NCBI GenBank assembly: GCA_951406725.2
Contig: OX597816.1
Location: 10,788,001-10,852,000, forward strand
Length of the DNA: 64,000 nt
Source of the DNA: Octopus vulgaris
Lineage: Eukaryota
Direction of reading: 5' to 3'
The notes below the pieces were generated by a model. That model worked only from the letters and a program-made list of their open reading frames with translations, was not told the origin of the DNA and ran no database searches. Below are positions 12,812 through 27,708 of the stretch, piece after piece. The number at the start of each line of letters is the position of its first letter. Positions within the stretch are counted from its first letter, which is position 1. The translations under genes and the position numbers were made by a program.

Positions 12812-12985
12812 TCATGACAAAAACACAAGAAGACAGGTGGTGTAGAAAACAAACAGATGTATTAGTATAACACTTGGGAATTAAGAAGTCTTTTACTTTT
12901 CGAGCCTATGCTCTTCTACAGAAAGGAACACAGAAAAAAAAAACAAGGAGAGAAACAAGGAGAGAAAAAAATGTGTGTAGTGGCA
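12812..12985 (-). mobile_element. Short PLE-type element with hammerhead-like motif (family H2)
   Basis: Homologous to 48838-49017; motif at 12890-12925. Confidence 0.65.
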
Positions 12986-13298
12986 AGTGTCTTCTATATT
13001 AGCCTCGGGCCGACCAAAGTCTTGTGAGTGGATTTGGTATACGGAAACTGAAAGAAGCCCATCCTATATATATATGTATATATGTGTGTGTGTGTGTTTG
13101 TCCCCTCCCCTCAACATCGCTTGCCATCCGATGCTGGTGTGTTTACATCCCCATAACTTAGCGGTTCGGCAATAAGAGACCGATAGAACAAGTACTAGGC
13201 TTACAAAGAATAAATCCTGGGGTCGATTTGCTCAACTAAAAGGTGGTGCTCCCGCATGGCCGCAGTCAAATGACTGAAACAAGTAAAAGAATAAAAGA
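12985..13298 (+). mobile_element. SINE family B, 5'-truncated
   Basis: Matches 52962-53360. Confidence 0.85.
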
Positions 13299-13399
13299 TA
13301 TCTCTTAAGAAATAATTTTCTAAGTACTTCCCACGTGACTGTGTGCTATTACACTTCATTCCAACCTGATGTCCTTTATAAAACTATCGACCAGTCAGA

Positions 13400-13630
13400 A
13401 GTCGAAAATATATTACTAGCTGGGAAAAACTGTAGCCTATTTGGATCCCACTTTTGGATTAGAAGAATCTAGAACTCTTGTCGATGTTATTAATTAGTCT
13501 AATGTAGGCAACCTTCTTGGTGTGTACTTACACAATTAAAGGACAACGAATTACCTAAGCTCAAAAGTGGCTTGTACCGAGATGATGGTCTTCTCTCAAA
13601 AATACAAACATCAAGAAAACATTGAGAATA
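13400..13630 (+). pseudogene. Penelope-like element reverse transcriptase relic
   Basis: Translates to NLLGVYL...KSGLYRDDGL. YRDD is the RT catalytic motif typical of PLEs. Stops and frameshifts present. Confidence 0.65.
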
Positions 13631-13702
13631 ATGTGATTGCTATATCACTTCTTTCAATAATATATCTCAATATTATTAAGGCAGTGAGCTTGTGGGATCT
13701 AA

Positions 13703-13864
13703 CACATTCACTGGTAAAATTTCCACTCATTTACTTATTTATTTTATTTTAGAAAACTTTTATGGTGTCTTGCAACATTTTCAATAGTTGTTGACTCTCA
13801 AGATGCAATGAAAATGTTAGAGAAATAAAGAAGGAAATGAGTGGAAATTTTACCGGTGAGTGTG
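13703..13864. mobile_element. TTAA-targeting palindromic MITE
   Basis: About 30-bp TIRs CACATTCACTGGTAAAATTTCCACTCATTT / AAATGAGTGGAAATTTTACCGGTGAGTGTG; flanks CTAA and TTAA. Related partial copy at about 42803-42932. Confidence 0.8.
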
Positions 13865-14333
13865 TTAAATCATTAAGCACTAAAAGGGAATGACTCTCCC
13901 CAGACATCAATAATAGTAATAATCGTCAACATACCGGACAAAACGCTTAGCGGAATTTCATCTGTTAATACATTCTGAGTTCATATTCCACCGTGATCGA
14001 CTTTAGTTTAAATCCTTTTGGGAGGCCATAAAATACGAAGCAACTGAACACTGGGCTCGACATGTTGGACCAAATCCTCCTCGAAATTCCATCTTTGTAC
14101 CTATAGCAGAAATGATTATTATTAATGTTAATGTTCCTCTGAGGTCGACTTTGCCTTTCATTGTTTTGGGGTTGATGAAATAAGTACCAGTTATGTACTG
14201 GAGTCGATGTTATCGACTAAGCCCCTCCCCTCGAACTTTAGCTTTGTGCCTATAGTAGAAAGGATTATGAATGTTATTGCTTTTATAGTTCTTTTATAGT
14301 TATTCACAATACCTGAATCTGTATGTATCTAAA

Positions 14334-14385
<52 letters not shown>

Positions 14386-14390
14386 CATAT

Positions 14391-14440
<50 letters not shown>

Positions 14441-14638
14441 GTATAAATACATACATATATATATATACATATATGTATAGATACATACAAAATCCTCCTT
14501 CTTTCTTTCCTTTCCTGAGCGTCCAATAACACTATACTTGTTCCACATCCTCGCATTGTCGTGTTTTCTCTTTGTTCATGTTTGGAGTAAATATATATAT
14601 ATATACATATATATACATATACATATATATACATATAC

Positions 14639-14674
<36 letters not shown>

Positions 14675-14738
14675 ATACATATATATATATATATATACAT
14701 ATATATATACATATATATATACATATATATATATATAC

Positions 14739-14795
<57 letters not shown>

Positions 14796-15494
14796 TGTAT
14801 GTATATATATATATATATTCAGAGGGAGAGAGAGATACACGTGGGAATATATATTAATGTAAAAGTTATTATATGGTTTATTTATTTATACGTTCAATGT
14901 TGTTGAAATCGTTTTCAGAATACTAATTTCATTCGTATACACATCTACAAATATATCTTCAGTTCATCTCTATTCAATTCCTATTACATTTAACCTGATA
15001 ATACATGTCACTAGTTTATCAATTTCATTTTAATAAATTCTTTCCAGTTATTTATATTCTTATATTTTTTCCATGCTATTAACTACATATTTACATATAA
15101 TATTTAATATATATCACATGTATTGTATTACATATCAATTCCGATCAGAAATTTAGGACGTTCGTCTCAATAACTTTTCTATTTCTCTGACCTATCTAAT
15201 AAATGTCATAAACTCATCTACCTCCCACCTGTCCCTCCTCTCTTTCCCTTCTGTTTCCCTCCGACCTTCTATGATTATTTTAACATTCACTTATGAATTA
15301 TTTTTCGCTAAATTTATTCGATTTATTTTCCATTTGATTAAATAGAGATATATATATTTTTCTACTTAGCTCTCTTCTTAATACATTTAAGCATATAGAA
15401 GGTCAGTGTGCTAGGTAAAACTGATAGACACCATGTGCATATATGTATATATACACTCAAATATATATATAAACAAATGCATATATATAAACAA

Positions 15495-15533
<39 letters not shown>

Positions 15534-15563
15534 AATATATATATATATGTATATATGTATATA

Positions 15564-15605
<42 letters not shown>

Positions 15606-15758
15606 AAAGCACACAACAACACGAAGACGTGGAACAAATATAGTATTATTGGACGCTCAGGAAAGAAGGGAAGAAGGAGGGATATATATATATATATACG
15701 CACACACATGTATGAAAATTCCATTTACAATTATATATGCATATATATATATGTGTTA

Positions 15759-15987
15759 AGGTGGCGAGCTGGCAGAAATGTTAACATGCTGGGCAAAATG
15801 CATAGCGATATTTTATCTGCCATTATGTTCTGAGTTCAAATTCCATCCAGGTCGACTTTGTCTTTCATTCTTTCTGGGTCGATTAAATAAGTACCCGTTA
15901 CTTACTGGGGTCAATGATATCGACAATCCTATTGTCTGTCCTTGTTTGTCCACTCTATATATAGCCTCCTCTAGGCAATAAAGAAAT
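15759..15987 (+). mobile_element. SINE family A, complete
   Basis: Head to tail match with the other family A copies. Confidence 0.85.
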
Positions 15988-16525
15988 ATATATCTATGTG
16001 TGTGTAAATACATGCCAGTGTGTGTCCCCGAATATATATATACACACACTCATACAAATACATTATATACATATATTATGGGTAGGTGTATGGATAGAGA
16101 TGTACACTCACATACATTTACCCACACTCTCTCACATATATCAATAAAATGAGTATAGTTGTATGTGTAAATTTTCATACGTATGTATTGAATCCAATAT
16201 ATTCTTGCTACATATGTGTATGTGAATGTATATATACATATATATGTGTCCGTGTGTGTGAAGGCACATGGCTTAGTGGTTAGAGTGTTGCTGTCACGAT
16301 TGCGAGATCACGGGTTCAATTCCCTGACCAAGTGTTGCATTGTGTTCTTGAGCAAAACACTACATTGCGGTCATTTCATCATCTGTATAGCTAATGTCAA
16401 TTTGAAGGAGGGAGTGAGCTTATGTGTACACAAACATTTGATCACTATAAACAAGTTTTCTGAGTTGTTGTCCAGCAAGAGATTGCTGAACGTTCATACG
16501 TCGTCTAATGACAGGAAAGTCCATG

Positions 16526-17708
<1,183 letters not shown>

Positions 17709-18182
17709 TCAGGTCATTACACAAGTTCTGTCCAAATTTTGAATAAAGAAAACAAGTGAAATGTTATATTTAATTGAAATTTAATCATCAATGTACTTTC
17801 CCTGATTATCTATGACTTCCTTCCATCTATTTACAAGCTTTTTAATCCTATCTATGTAAAACTGTTTTGGTTTTAAAGCAAAGATCTCTAAAATATCGGT
17901 TTCAACCTTCTCTTGGCTTGCGAAAGTTATGTCCCCGAAATGATTCTGTAAACTATGACACAAATGGTAGTGTGAAGGAGCAAGGTTGGGAGAAATAGGT
18001 GGATGAGGAATCTTTTCCCAACCAAGCTCTTCGATCTTCTGTGATGTCATCTTTGCAGTGTGGGGTCGTGCATTGTCCTGATGAAATATCATTCCTTTTG
18101 AAATCACTAAAGCGGATCTATTTTTCTTTGATTCACTAAAGCGAATCTTTTTTTTCTTCAAAAGCTTGGTTCAAATGCTCTA
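17709..18182 (-). mobile_element. Mariner 3' fragment (different subfamily from 20-1309)
   Basis: ORF 17781-18161: FHQDNARPHT..LGWEKIPHPPISPNLAPSHYHL..KLVNRWKEVIDNQGKYIDD. TIR-like end at about 17709. Confidence 0.9.
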
Positions 18183-18219
18183 ATAAATATACACATAGAA
18201 ACATTTATATAAATTTTGA

Positions 18220-18628
18220 CGGTAAAGATAAAACTAATTGCAGATTTAAGAATTCATGTAAGAGAAGAAATGTAGTCTAACAATGCACAGTTGAAGCTCT
18301 GAAAAAAAAAATTTTATATTGGCTCTACCGAAAATAAAGTAAAGACTCGCGTGGCTAACCATCTCCAATCTTCTTAAAATAAACAGAAAATCAACTCCAA
18401 CAGATTTAGCAAATTCATATGGGAATTGAAAGATAATTATTGAATTTGAAATTAAAAAGGATATTATTGCTTCTGAAACAGCTTATAAAATTGATAACAG
18501 GAAATGCTATTTATGCATCGAAGAAGCCTTCAAAATTCTTACTTCTAAGAATGCCCTACTTAACTTACAAAAAGAAAATTATTTCTTGTATTCATGCAGA
18601 AAAATATTTGTTCTCTAAATTTAAGTAA
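18220..18628 (+). pseudogene. Penelope-like element GIY-YIG endonuclease / C-terminus relic
   Basis: Across frames: NCRFKNSCKRRNVV*QCTV..FYIGSTENKVKTRVANH..SKFIWELKD..KCYLCIEE..ISCIHAEKYLF. Confidence 0.85.
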
Positions 18629-18708
18629 TTAATAAATATACAATTAAATGATAGAATAGTATAACTATACTATATAATGTAATATAATATATAGTATTAA
18701 TATTATAT

Positions 18709-19042
18709 GAAGGCGCATGGCTCAGTGGTTAGAGCGTCGAGCTTACGATCGTGAGGTTGTGAGCTCGAATCCCGGACCGGGCTGCGTGTTGTGTTCTTGA
18801 GCAAAGCACTTTATTTCACGTTGCTCCAGTTCACTCAGCTGTAGAAATGAGTTGCGACGTCACTGGTGCCAAGCTATATCGACCTTTGTCTTTCCCTTGG
18901 ATAACATCGGTGGCGTGGAGAGGGGAGGCTGGTATGCATGGGCGACTGCTGGTCTTCCATAAACAACCTTGCCCGGACTTGTGTCTAGGAGGATAACTTT
19001 CTAGGTGCAATCCCATGGTCATTCATGACCGAAGTGGGTCTT
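18709..19042 (+). mobile_element. tRNA-derived SINE, family C
   Basis: A box TGGCTCAGTGGTTAGAGC, B-box-like GAGCTCGAATCCC, then GTGTTCTTGAGCAA. Tail shared with 60300-60496. Confidence 0.85.
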
Positions 19043-19051
19043 TATTATATA

Positions 19052-19444
19052 CTAGCAGTAACGCCCGGCGTTGCTCGGGTTTGTTTTGACCCTTTAGAAT
19101 TGGAATTTTTTAAAAGCAAAAATTTTGGATTATGAAGCTTGTTATTCTCTTTAAGTGAACATTTTTCTGGTTGAAATACACCAAAAGATGGCGACACAGC
19201 AGTCAAAAAATCGTAAAAAATAGGGATTTTCATAGAAAAAAAGCACCTTTTTGATGTAAATAATATTTGGTGTTAACATGGTCCGATTTGAATTTTGTTC
19301 TTCTACGGAATGAAGAGCAAGCCTTCTTCTATCATACTCTCAATTTTGGTCAACTTGCACCGCAGGGCCTCAGAGGAGATAGTGTTAGTTGAAGGCTACC
19401 AAAGCTGCCACACACAGACAACATCAACTTTATATATAGAGAGA
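19052..19444 (-). mobile_element. Non-autonomous Helitron
   Basis: On the minus strand: A|TC start, 3' CCCGAGCAACGCCGGG hairpin, CTAG|T end, no TSD. Confidence 0.85.
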
Positions 19445-19451
19445 TTATGTT

Positions 19452-19551
19452 TAACTGTTCGACATTAGATGTGCCCCTCACTGAAGAATTTGCATAAACC
19501 CTTTCAAGCTTTGTACATATAATTTTCTTTCTCACAAATTTTACTTAACTA

Positions 19552-19632
<81 letters not shown>

Positions 19633-19980
19633 TGACTATAACCATTATATCTAGAATTATTATTGCACCCATTGCCTCACATAAACAATGACCTTTACAT
19701 ATTCTTAGTACCCATTTAATACCCTTTGAACATACACACTTGGCAACATTACTACCTGTTTGACATTAAGATGTGTCTCTCACTAAAAATTTGTATAAAC
19801 CCTTTGATAATCTAATTCCAATAACATAACTCTCTTCTTCCCAAATATTTACATAACTGAACTACTAATAATATTGAATATAACCATTATATCTCGAATT
19901 ATTGTTTGCTCCCCCTTGCCTTACATTAATAACCACATTTACACATTCTTAATAACAATTTAATAACCTTTGAACATATA
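19452..19980. repeat. Diverged tandem duplication (two units of about 230-290 bp)
   Basis: CTGTTYGACATTA..GATGTG..TAAACCCTTT..TATAACCATTATATCT.GAATTATT..CCTTTGAACATA occurs twice. Confidence 0.75.
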
Positions 19981-20030
19981 TCTATATGTGTGTGTATATA
20001 TGTATGTATATATATTTATGTGTGTATGTG

Positions 20031-20081
<51 letters not shown>

Positions 20082-20147
20082 TGTACGTATTTATTTGTAT
20101 ACACACCCTCTGTATACTCCAAAATTATTTCACACCTACACAATTCT

Positions 20148-20390
20148 CTACTCTCTTATATCAATAATGTTGTAGAATATAACCATAGGCCATCTTTGAG
20201 ACATTCTTTTGCAAGTGTATGTCCTTACCATCTTATCTTGGGCATCTACTCCTCCTTTTGTTTTCTTGTAACATGTAATAACTTCAGGTATCTTTGCAGC
20301 ACTTTTTAAATCAGTTGAAATCTGAGAGTGCATTGTACTCATAAGTGTGATGACATAATTTTTCCTCAGACAATAATAATTTTTCTGTGA
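20148..20390 (-). pseudogene. piggyBac transposase fragment
   Basis: LMSTMH..KIPEVITCYKKTKGGVDAQDKM..YTCKRMSQRWPMVIFYNIIDI, the piggyBac third-Asp region. Confidence 0.9.
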
Positions 20391-20394
20391 TCCT

Positions 20395-20870
20395 GCATGA
20401 CAGATGTCTTCTATCAGCCTTTTCAACAAAAAAATCTAGCAATCACTTTGCTGATTGCTTCAAGACTCTAATATCACAGATGTGATCACATGTTCCATTT
20501 TCTTCCTTGTCCTAAAATGCTATCAATCCAATCATTTGGTTTATGGAATTTTTGTTCAGTTATTGGAGGTGAGGCTGAATACTACATCTGTTATCTTTTC
20601 GTTTCTAGCCTTCAACATTCCAACTGGAGAACCCTGTTGGCTAGATGCCCTACGGACATTTATGTTTTTGAGAACCATTTTCATCTCAGATGGTGACCGA
20701 TCCATCATGAATTTATATTCAGTTGAGAAAGGCTCTCTGGAATCGGCTGATGATGAGCTGCCAAACAAATTAGTGAAGTGTTCTTGCAATCGCTGCTGGA
20801 TTTTCTCTGGTTCTTTGACGATAGTGTTGTCTATCTGCAGCATAGAAACTACATTGGGAGTTGGTGTGCC
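20395..20870 (-). pseudogene. RTE-type LINE fragment (linker / RT N-terminus)
   Basis: KEPEKIQQRLQEHFTNLF..SEMKMVLKNINVRRAS..PVGMLKA. Confidence 0.6.
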
Positions 20871-21244
20871 GAAACTTCACATATAACACCATAAAACAGC
20901 TTACAATTCTCTGCATCGTAGGCTCTTTAACTCTCTCAAAAGGCCTTTGACCATCACTCATTGATTGTTTTGCTTTGTTCCCATTGTAACGTTGCTTTGT
21001 ATTATCTATATTCCTTAAATTTCTTCTCAATAGTAAGCTGTGTATATATAAAACAGTCGTTTTTAGGGAACTTGAGAGTACAGACGAAATCATGTCTTTG
21101 AAAAATATTTGCACAGCTTTCATTTGTCGTGTATAAATATTGTAACAGGGTCGCTTGGCTGTGTTAAAGAAGTTTGTATCTCAACAGCCAAGTCTTAGGT
21201 GCACTGCATTGCAATGTCGTGGGTATTTGTTAGATACCAGTCAT

Positions 21245-21279
<35 letters not shown>

Positions 21280-21720
21280 CAGAGGAAACCAATACAATAC
21301 ACAAAGTAATCAAAGAACAGTTCACAGATAATATTATCAAGATGATGTTCAAAGTAGGAAAAAATTATTGAATAAAAGTGACAGAATGAAAGTATAACGT
21401 TTCGGATATAGTCCTTTGTCGAATAATGGAAGGAAGTCAACGAAGGGACAATGAAAAGAGGATGGGAAAGGAGTAAAGCAAATAAGAAAAGGAAGAAGAG
21501 CCAGAAAAGAACCACTCCTGTCTTACTTCACATATATGTGTACACCTGAGTCTTTTGCTTTAATCTTTCCTTGCCTTTCAATAGGTTTTTGCTTCTATAC
21601 ATTTTGTAACATAATGGTCCAAAAAATAGAGAGTGATAGAATAAATACCAGACTTAAAATAAGAATTGGGGTCAGTTTGATGGACTGAACCCTGGAAGTG
21701 GGGCCCCGGCATGGCTGCGA

Positions 21721-22370
21721 TATTCATACGTTAATAATTTTATAAAGCTCTATATCTTTCACTCTTGTGTTTACAAAGAATTATAAAAAAATAACCCTTT
21801 AATCTCACTATTCTGAGAATGACAGAACCATTAATATATATTTCTATACTACCCACAAGGGCTAAACACAGAGGAGACAAACAAGGACAGACAAACAGAT
21901 TAAGTCGATTACATCGACTCCAGTGCATAACTGGTACTTACTTAATTTATCGACCCCGAAAGGATGAAAGGCAAAGTCGACTTCGACAGAATTTGAACTC
22001 AGAACGTAACGGCAGATGAAATACAGCTACGCATTTCACCCGGCGTGCTAACATTTCTGCCGGCTCACCACCTTGAAAGATATATGGCCAGTATGGGGCA
22101 GACCATTAAATGAATATAATGTACATGTGGAGGAGACTGCATTAAAAAAGTATTATTATTAAGTATTCATAAACAATTTTTATAAAAAATTTATTTGGTG
22201 TTGTACAGAGACATGAATTAACTAAATGGTGGTTTACACTCATAAAATGGTTTTCTGTTTATTATATAATTCTCGGAATAGTGAGATTAAAGGGTCATTT
22301 TTTTTTATAATTCTTTGTAAACACAACAGTGAAAGATATAGAGCTTTATAAAATTATTAACGCATGAATA
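21721..22370. mobile_element. Foldback element with about 100-bp arms, carrying a family A SINE
   Basis: Inverted arms at 21721-21820 and 22269-22370. SINE A on the minus strand at about 21840-22073. Confidence 0.75.
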
Positions 22371-23499
22371 ACCGAGCATAAGAATAGTATTTGAATGTTT
22401 AAATGATTCTGTGGTAACAATTATTCTGGAAAGATATTGTTTACGAAAAATAAATCGATCTCATTGAATAATATAATTCTCCTTTTACCTTAATTATTAG
22501 TGAAAGATCATAGAATAATTATAGGAAACCTAAAATAATGAATTATTCAAGAAGTGTTATGCAAAAACTGTAGGCCAAAACGAAAAACAAAAAAATTACT
22601 AGACAAACACGTGAATAACTTAGAGAAGTGTCAAAATGCGTTCCAACCACTATTTCTGATGAATGAAGTATTTGCAGTAAAATATTAAGCATCAATGGAT
22701 TTGTATGACTTTAATCATTATTCACTATATTGCTCTGTGCTTTCTATTGAGTACTTTGTACTTTGTAACTATTGTTGGTTGTTTGTAAGTCTGTACAGCA
22801 TACATTTTGTGTATGAAAACACACAAGTAAGCAGTAAGCTTGCCTGATTAATTTATATACTTAATGTATAAAATATATACATACATACACGCACACACAC
22901 ACACTCTCTCTCTCACACACACACACATATATATACATATACATGTGTGTGTGTATTTTTAGCCAAGATGGTGATGGGTACCAACGTTCCTATGTGCCAA
23001 GCTTGATAACTGTAGAGAGATTTCTCTACATGAAACCAATGGTGGACTTGTTAACCCACAAATTAAGAATATTCATCCAACAATCCAGTGTTGAACATTC
23101 ATTCCCAGTGGTCGATATTAACATGTTTATATATATATGTATATATATATATATTCGCAGACCATACATTGTGAATGTTTATTGAGTGAAAACACCTAAA
23201 GCTCCTTAAGGCTCCAGTGGGGGTGGGGGTGGGGGGTGGCGAACCCTGCTGTACTCTTTCATCACAACTTTCTCTCACTCTTTCTTCATGTTTCTGTTGT
23301 ACCTGTATTTCTAAAAGACAAGCCTTGACACATTCTGTATTAGACTGAATCTACCCTCAAGAACTACATTAAGGGTACACATGTCTGTGGAGTCCTCAGC
23401 CACTTGCACATTAATTTCATGAGCAGGCTGTTCCATTGATTGGATCAACTGGAAACCTCATCATCGTAACTGATGGAGTGCCATGATACATATTTGTAT

Positions 23500-23948
23500 A
23501 TGAGTGCTAAGAGCACCATCCGAGCGTGATCGTTGCCAGAGCAGCTAATTGGTTCCATGCTGGTGGCACGTAAAAAGGACCATTCAAGCGTCATCGTTAC
23601 GAGCATCACCTTTCTGGTGCTTGTGCTAATAGCATGTGAAAAGACATTCAAGCGAGGTTGTTGCCAGTGCCACTGGACTGGCTCTTGTGCAGGTGGCATG
23701 TAAAAAACACCATTTGGGCATGGCTGTTGTCAGTACTGCCTGACTGGTGCTCATGCTGGTGGCACATAAAAGCACCCACTACACTCTCGGAGTGGTTGGC
23801 ATTAGGAAGGGCACCCAGCTGTAGAAACTATGTAAGATCAGATTGGAGCCAGGTGCAGCCATCTGGTTCGCCAGTCCTCAGTCAAATCGTCCAACCCATG
23901 CTAGCATGGAAGGTAGATGTTAAATGATGATGATGATGATGTTGATGA
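23500..23948 (+). mobile_element. Family D element (VNTR, conserved body, (GAT)n tail)
   Basis: Repeated GGTGGCACGTAAAAA units, then AGCACCCACTACACTC..GGAAGGGCA..CCAACCCATGCTAGCATGGAA..GATGATGAT. Confidence 0.8.
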
Positions 23949-24895
23949 TATATATATATATATGGCGGTGCCCCAGCAAATGGCGGTGCCCCAGCATGGC
24001 CACAGCTCATTAGCTGAAACTGGAAAAATCAAAAATCAAAATCAAAATCAAAATCATCAATATATATATATATATATATAATGAAGGGTGAAATTAATTA
24101 ATTTGGAATAATTATCAATTACACCAAGTAGTCTTCGGCATGTAAAAGCCTCATTCGAGGAAAATTTAAGTAATACTAAGCAATAAAGATAGAATTATTT
24201 AATATTTAATTCTTATGCTTTCCTAAAAACTTGATTTCGAAACGTACGTACGTAGATAACTTAAAATTGTATGATAGATTGCCGTCAATTCATTCCCTCT
24301 TACCTGTTTGTGTCTGCCTTCCAATTGCTGTTTTTACTGAGATCTCCCTTTTTAGTAGAAGAAATAGCTATAACTCTTTGACTGCTATTTCTAAATTCGG
24401 TATGTGGTAAGGCAATTCGTTGCCAAACCCTTTATTGCTATATATATATATATATATATGCATGTGCAAATATGTATGTAGCAAGTATGAAATATATGTG
24501 TATTTTTCCAGAGTGCTCTGTGTGTATGCTAGTGCATATATGCATATGAGTGTGTGTGTGTGTGTGTGTGTGTGTATAATAGTAAACCTGTGTGATTCAC
24601 TTTATAAGCTTATCAACTTACTTTATACATATGTATGTATGGGTGAATATACACGTGCTATTAAATAATTAAAAGGATGGTAATTAGACCTCGTAGCTCA
24701 TATATCAATTTATATAAATTGCTTACTGTATCTGCAGATATTTTATTGTATCAAAACTATTCTCCTTCGTAGCAAGGAAAATTAAACAAGCAATAATACT
24801 TACAAAACAAACAAATAAAGGAAGTAATTAAAATAGCAAAAGTTTAATTGTGGAATCGTTGTCCAACTGAAGAATCAGAAACGATAGGAAAATAA

Positions 24896-25277
24896 TCTCT
24901 CTCTATATAAACGGCAGTTTGTCTGTGCGTGTTTCTGTGTGTCTGTTTGCTTGTACCCTCACCCTGACCACGGCTTTCAACCGATTCTGATGAAACTTGA
25001 CACACACATAGCCCAATGTCATAATTCAAAACTAACGCAGCGAAAAGTTTGAAAAGTTCCCCCAGTTCTGAAAAAATCGATAAATCTGACATGGGGTCGA
25101 GAATCAGAAACACAAACCACAGACTGTCTAGGGGACGCAACTCCACCTTTTTAACTCTCAAAAAATTTACCATCATTTTTTTCCCATTTTTTTTGCTATA
25201 TTTTGGCTATAACTATCTAAAAATGCTTTATAGTTATTTCCCTTAAAAACCCGAGCAACGCCGGGCGATACTGCTAG
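24896..25277 (+). mobile_element. Non-autonomous Helitron
   Basis: A|TC start at 24896, hairpin at 25250-25265, CTAG|T end at 25277. Confidence 0.88.
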
Positions 25278-25375
25278 TATGATATAAAATACATGAATAG
25301 GCATCGTTCCAAAATGAGCCAAAGTCAGAATGGCACCATTCTGCAATAAGAGAAGCTGTCTGTTGTTTCTCTGTA

Positions 25376-25377
<2 letters not shown>

Positions 25378-25411
<34 letters not shown>

Positions 25412-25940
25412 GTTTAGCGTCCGTTTTCCATGCTAGCATGGGTTGGACGGTTCTACTGGGGGTCTGTGAAGCCAGAAGGCTTCAATCAGGCCCAGTCAAA
25501 TCTGGCAGTGTTTCTACGGCCGGATGCCCTTCCTAACGCCAACCACTCCGTGAGTGTAGTGGGTGCTTTTTACGTGCCACCCGCACAGGTGCCATACAGA
25601 GCTGGCAAACGGCCACGAACGGATGGTGCTTTTTATGTGCCACCGGCACGAGGGCCAGGCAAGGCTGGCAACAGACACGAACGGATGGTGCTTTTTATGT
25701 GCCACCGGCATGAGAGCCAGGCAAGGCTGGCAACAGACACGAACGGATGGTGCTTTTTATGTGCCACCGGCATGAGAGCCAGGCAAGGCTGGCAACGGAC
25801 ACGAACGGATGGTGCTTTTTACGTGCCATCGGCACGAGGCCAGTTGGGGCGGTGCTGGCAACGGTCGCGAAACGGAAGGTTCTCTTACATGCCACCGGCA
25901 CTGGTAGCACATCTGCAATTTCCATTGATCGATTTCGATT
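25378..25940 (-). mobile_element. Family D element with five 62-63 bp VNTR units plus one degenerate unit
   Basis: GGTGCTTTTTAYGTGCCA starts at 25562, 25625, 25687, 25749 and 25811. (CAT)n tail at the left end. Confidence 0.85.
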
Positions 25941-26035
25941 CACGAAAACCCTAATGTTCTGTTGTTGGTGCAGTCAGTGTCTTTCTCTTTCTTCGTCTCT
26001 CTCATTCACACACACACACACACACCACACACACA

Positions 26036-26084
<49 letters not shown>

Positions 26085-26411
26085 TTCTCTCGCTCTTCCT
26101 CCCTAATACTTGTATAATGAAGTAGCTTTTAAGAGAGAGAAAGGAGGTAGAAGAGGGAGAAAGCAAAAGAGAGACACAAAAAGGTAAAAAGGTAAGGTAA
26201 ATGACCTCATCTCCTTTGCAGAACTCCAGACAAATAAGGTTGTCATTCAGCTTTGTTTTCTGTCTGTCTGTATGTCTGTGTCGCCCTCTTTCCCTCCCTG
26301 CCCCTTTCTCCCTTCTCTCTCTCTCTCTCTTGCTTTTTTTTTTTAAAAAAAAAGATGCTCATTTAGGTATTTCTCCCAATACGAATATTATTTTTCAGTT
26401 AGGAAAAACTT

Positions 26412-26667
26412 GCAACACATCTGATCTGGAACATGGAGCTTCATCAGAGTGAAGAAAAATACACAACTGAAAAGAAAAGAAGAAGAGCCTCGAGCAGAAG
26501 AAGAATGGCTTAATTATATTTCTTTTCTTTTCCTTTATGCATTTTTCTTCACTGTGATGAAGCTCTATGTTCCAGATTGGATGTGTTACAAAACATGATG
26601 AATGTTATTTTTAGAATTTTCAATAGCAACACCGTGTAGCACTGGAAGCAGAAACAGCTGTTAGATG
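26412..26667 (+). mobile_element. Foldback PLE-type element with an expanded hammerhead-like motif
   Basis: Inverted arms at about 26412-26481 and 26520-26589. (C/G)TGATGA-A-GCTC ... GGAAGC-A-GAAA-CAGCTG-TT-AGA. Confidence 0.55.
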
Positions 26668-26783
26668 GGAGAAAGTTTATTTGTATTAAAATGTGATAAT
26701 CGATGTTAGTCAATTGTTGGTGATCAATATTTCTTCATTTTTTGTTAACTTTAAATTTATGTATATATGTGCGTGTGTGTGTG

Positions 26784-26817
<34 letters not shown>

Positions 26818-27620
26818 TAAATATATATAAATAAATAAATAAATAAATAAATAAATGTGCCCTTTTAAAGCCTAGTCAGGCTCATGGGCCCCGTTTCCCG
26901 GTTTCTATGGTGCCTGTGTTCCCCAGCTGGATAGGACGCCAGTCCATCGCAGCGTTACTCATTTTTGCCAGCAAAGTGAAATGAAGTGTTTTGCTCAAGA
27001 ACACAACACATCACTCTGTCCAGGAATCGAAACCACAATCTTATACATATATATATATATATATATATATAAAACTGTTACTACATATCTCTTGCCCAGA
27101 GATTTAAAATAAGTTACACACATACACACACACACATATATATATATGCATAGACATATACATATGTATGTATTAAAGTGTGGCGTGTCTGTGGAGTGCT
27201 CATAAAGTGAGTTATTAGGCTGAAGCTTATCCTGGACTCTAAGGCATAAAAGCACCTGGGAATGCATGACTTACCCCAGAAAATGACAAGTCCATTGTCG
27301 GGCTAAAACCTTCCCCGCCTTCTTGGAGGCACACATCCTGAGGCTCACAGGCAGAAGCAAAGGAAAATGAAGTGTATAACCCAAGGTCACAATGTTCCAG
27401 CTAGTTCAGGAATCGAACGCACAACCTTCATGAGATTTACACAATAACCAATATGCCACACGCACTCACATATGAATACACACATAAATGCATTCGCATG
27501 CACGTACACACATACACACATTAATAAGATTTTCATTGTGTTAGTGTAGATTGTTTCCTTCTTGGGCACTTTATTTAATATTTGTCATTGCTTCAGCTCC
27601 CACCCAAATATTTATGTGTA

Positions 27621-27652
<32 letters not shown>

Positions 27653-27656
27653 TATA

Positions 27657-27708
<52 letters not shown>

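Noticed and set aside
18709-18780. tRNA gene (also 29141, 29843, 52962)
   Set aside because: These are SINE heads: they run into repeat bodies and lack a proper acceptor stem and terminator.
24856-24886. CTGAAGA..GAAA hammerhead-like spacing (also CTGACGA near 46028)
   Set aside because: No stem II or stem I at 24867, and no downstream GAAA with pairing at 46028.
25560-25900. CRISPR-like regularly spaced palindromic repeats (also 40365-40700)
   Set aside because: The 'spacers' are near-identical, there are no cas genes, and the context is eukaryotic. This is a VNTR inside a dispersed element.
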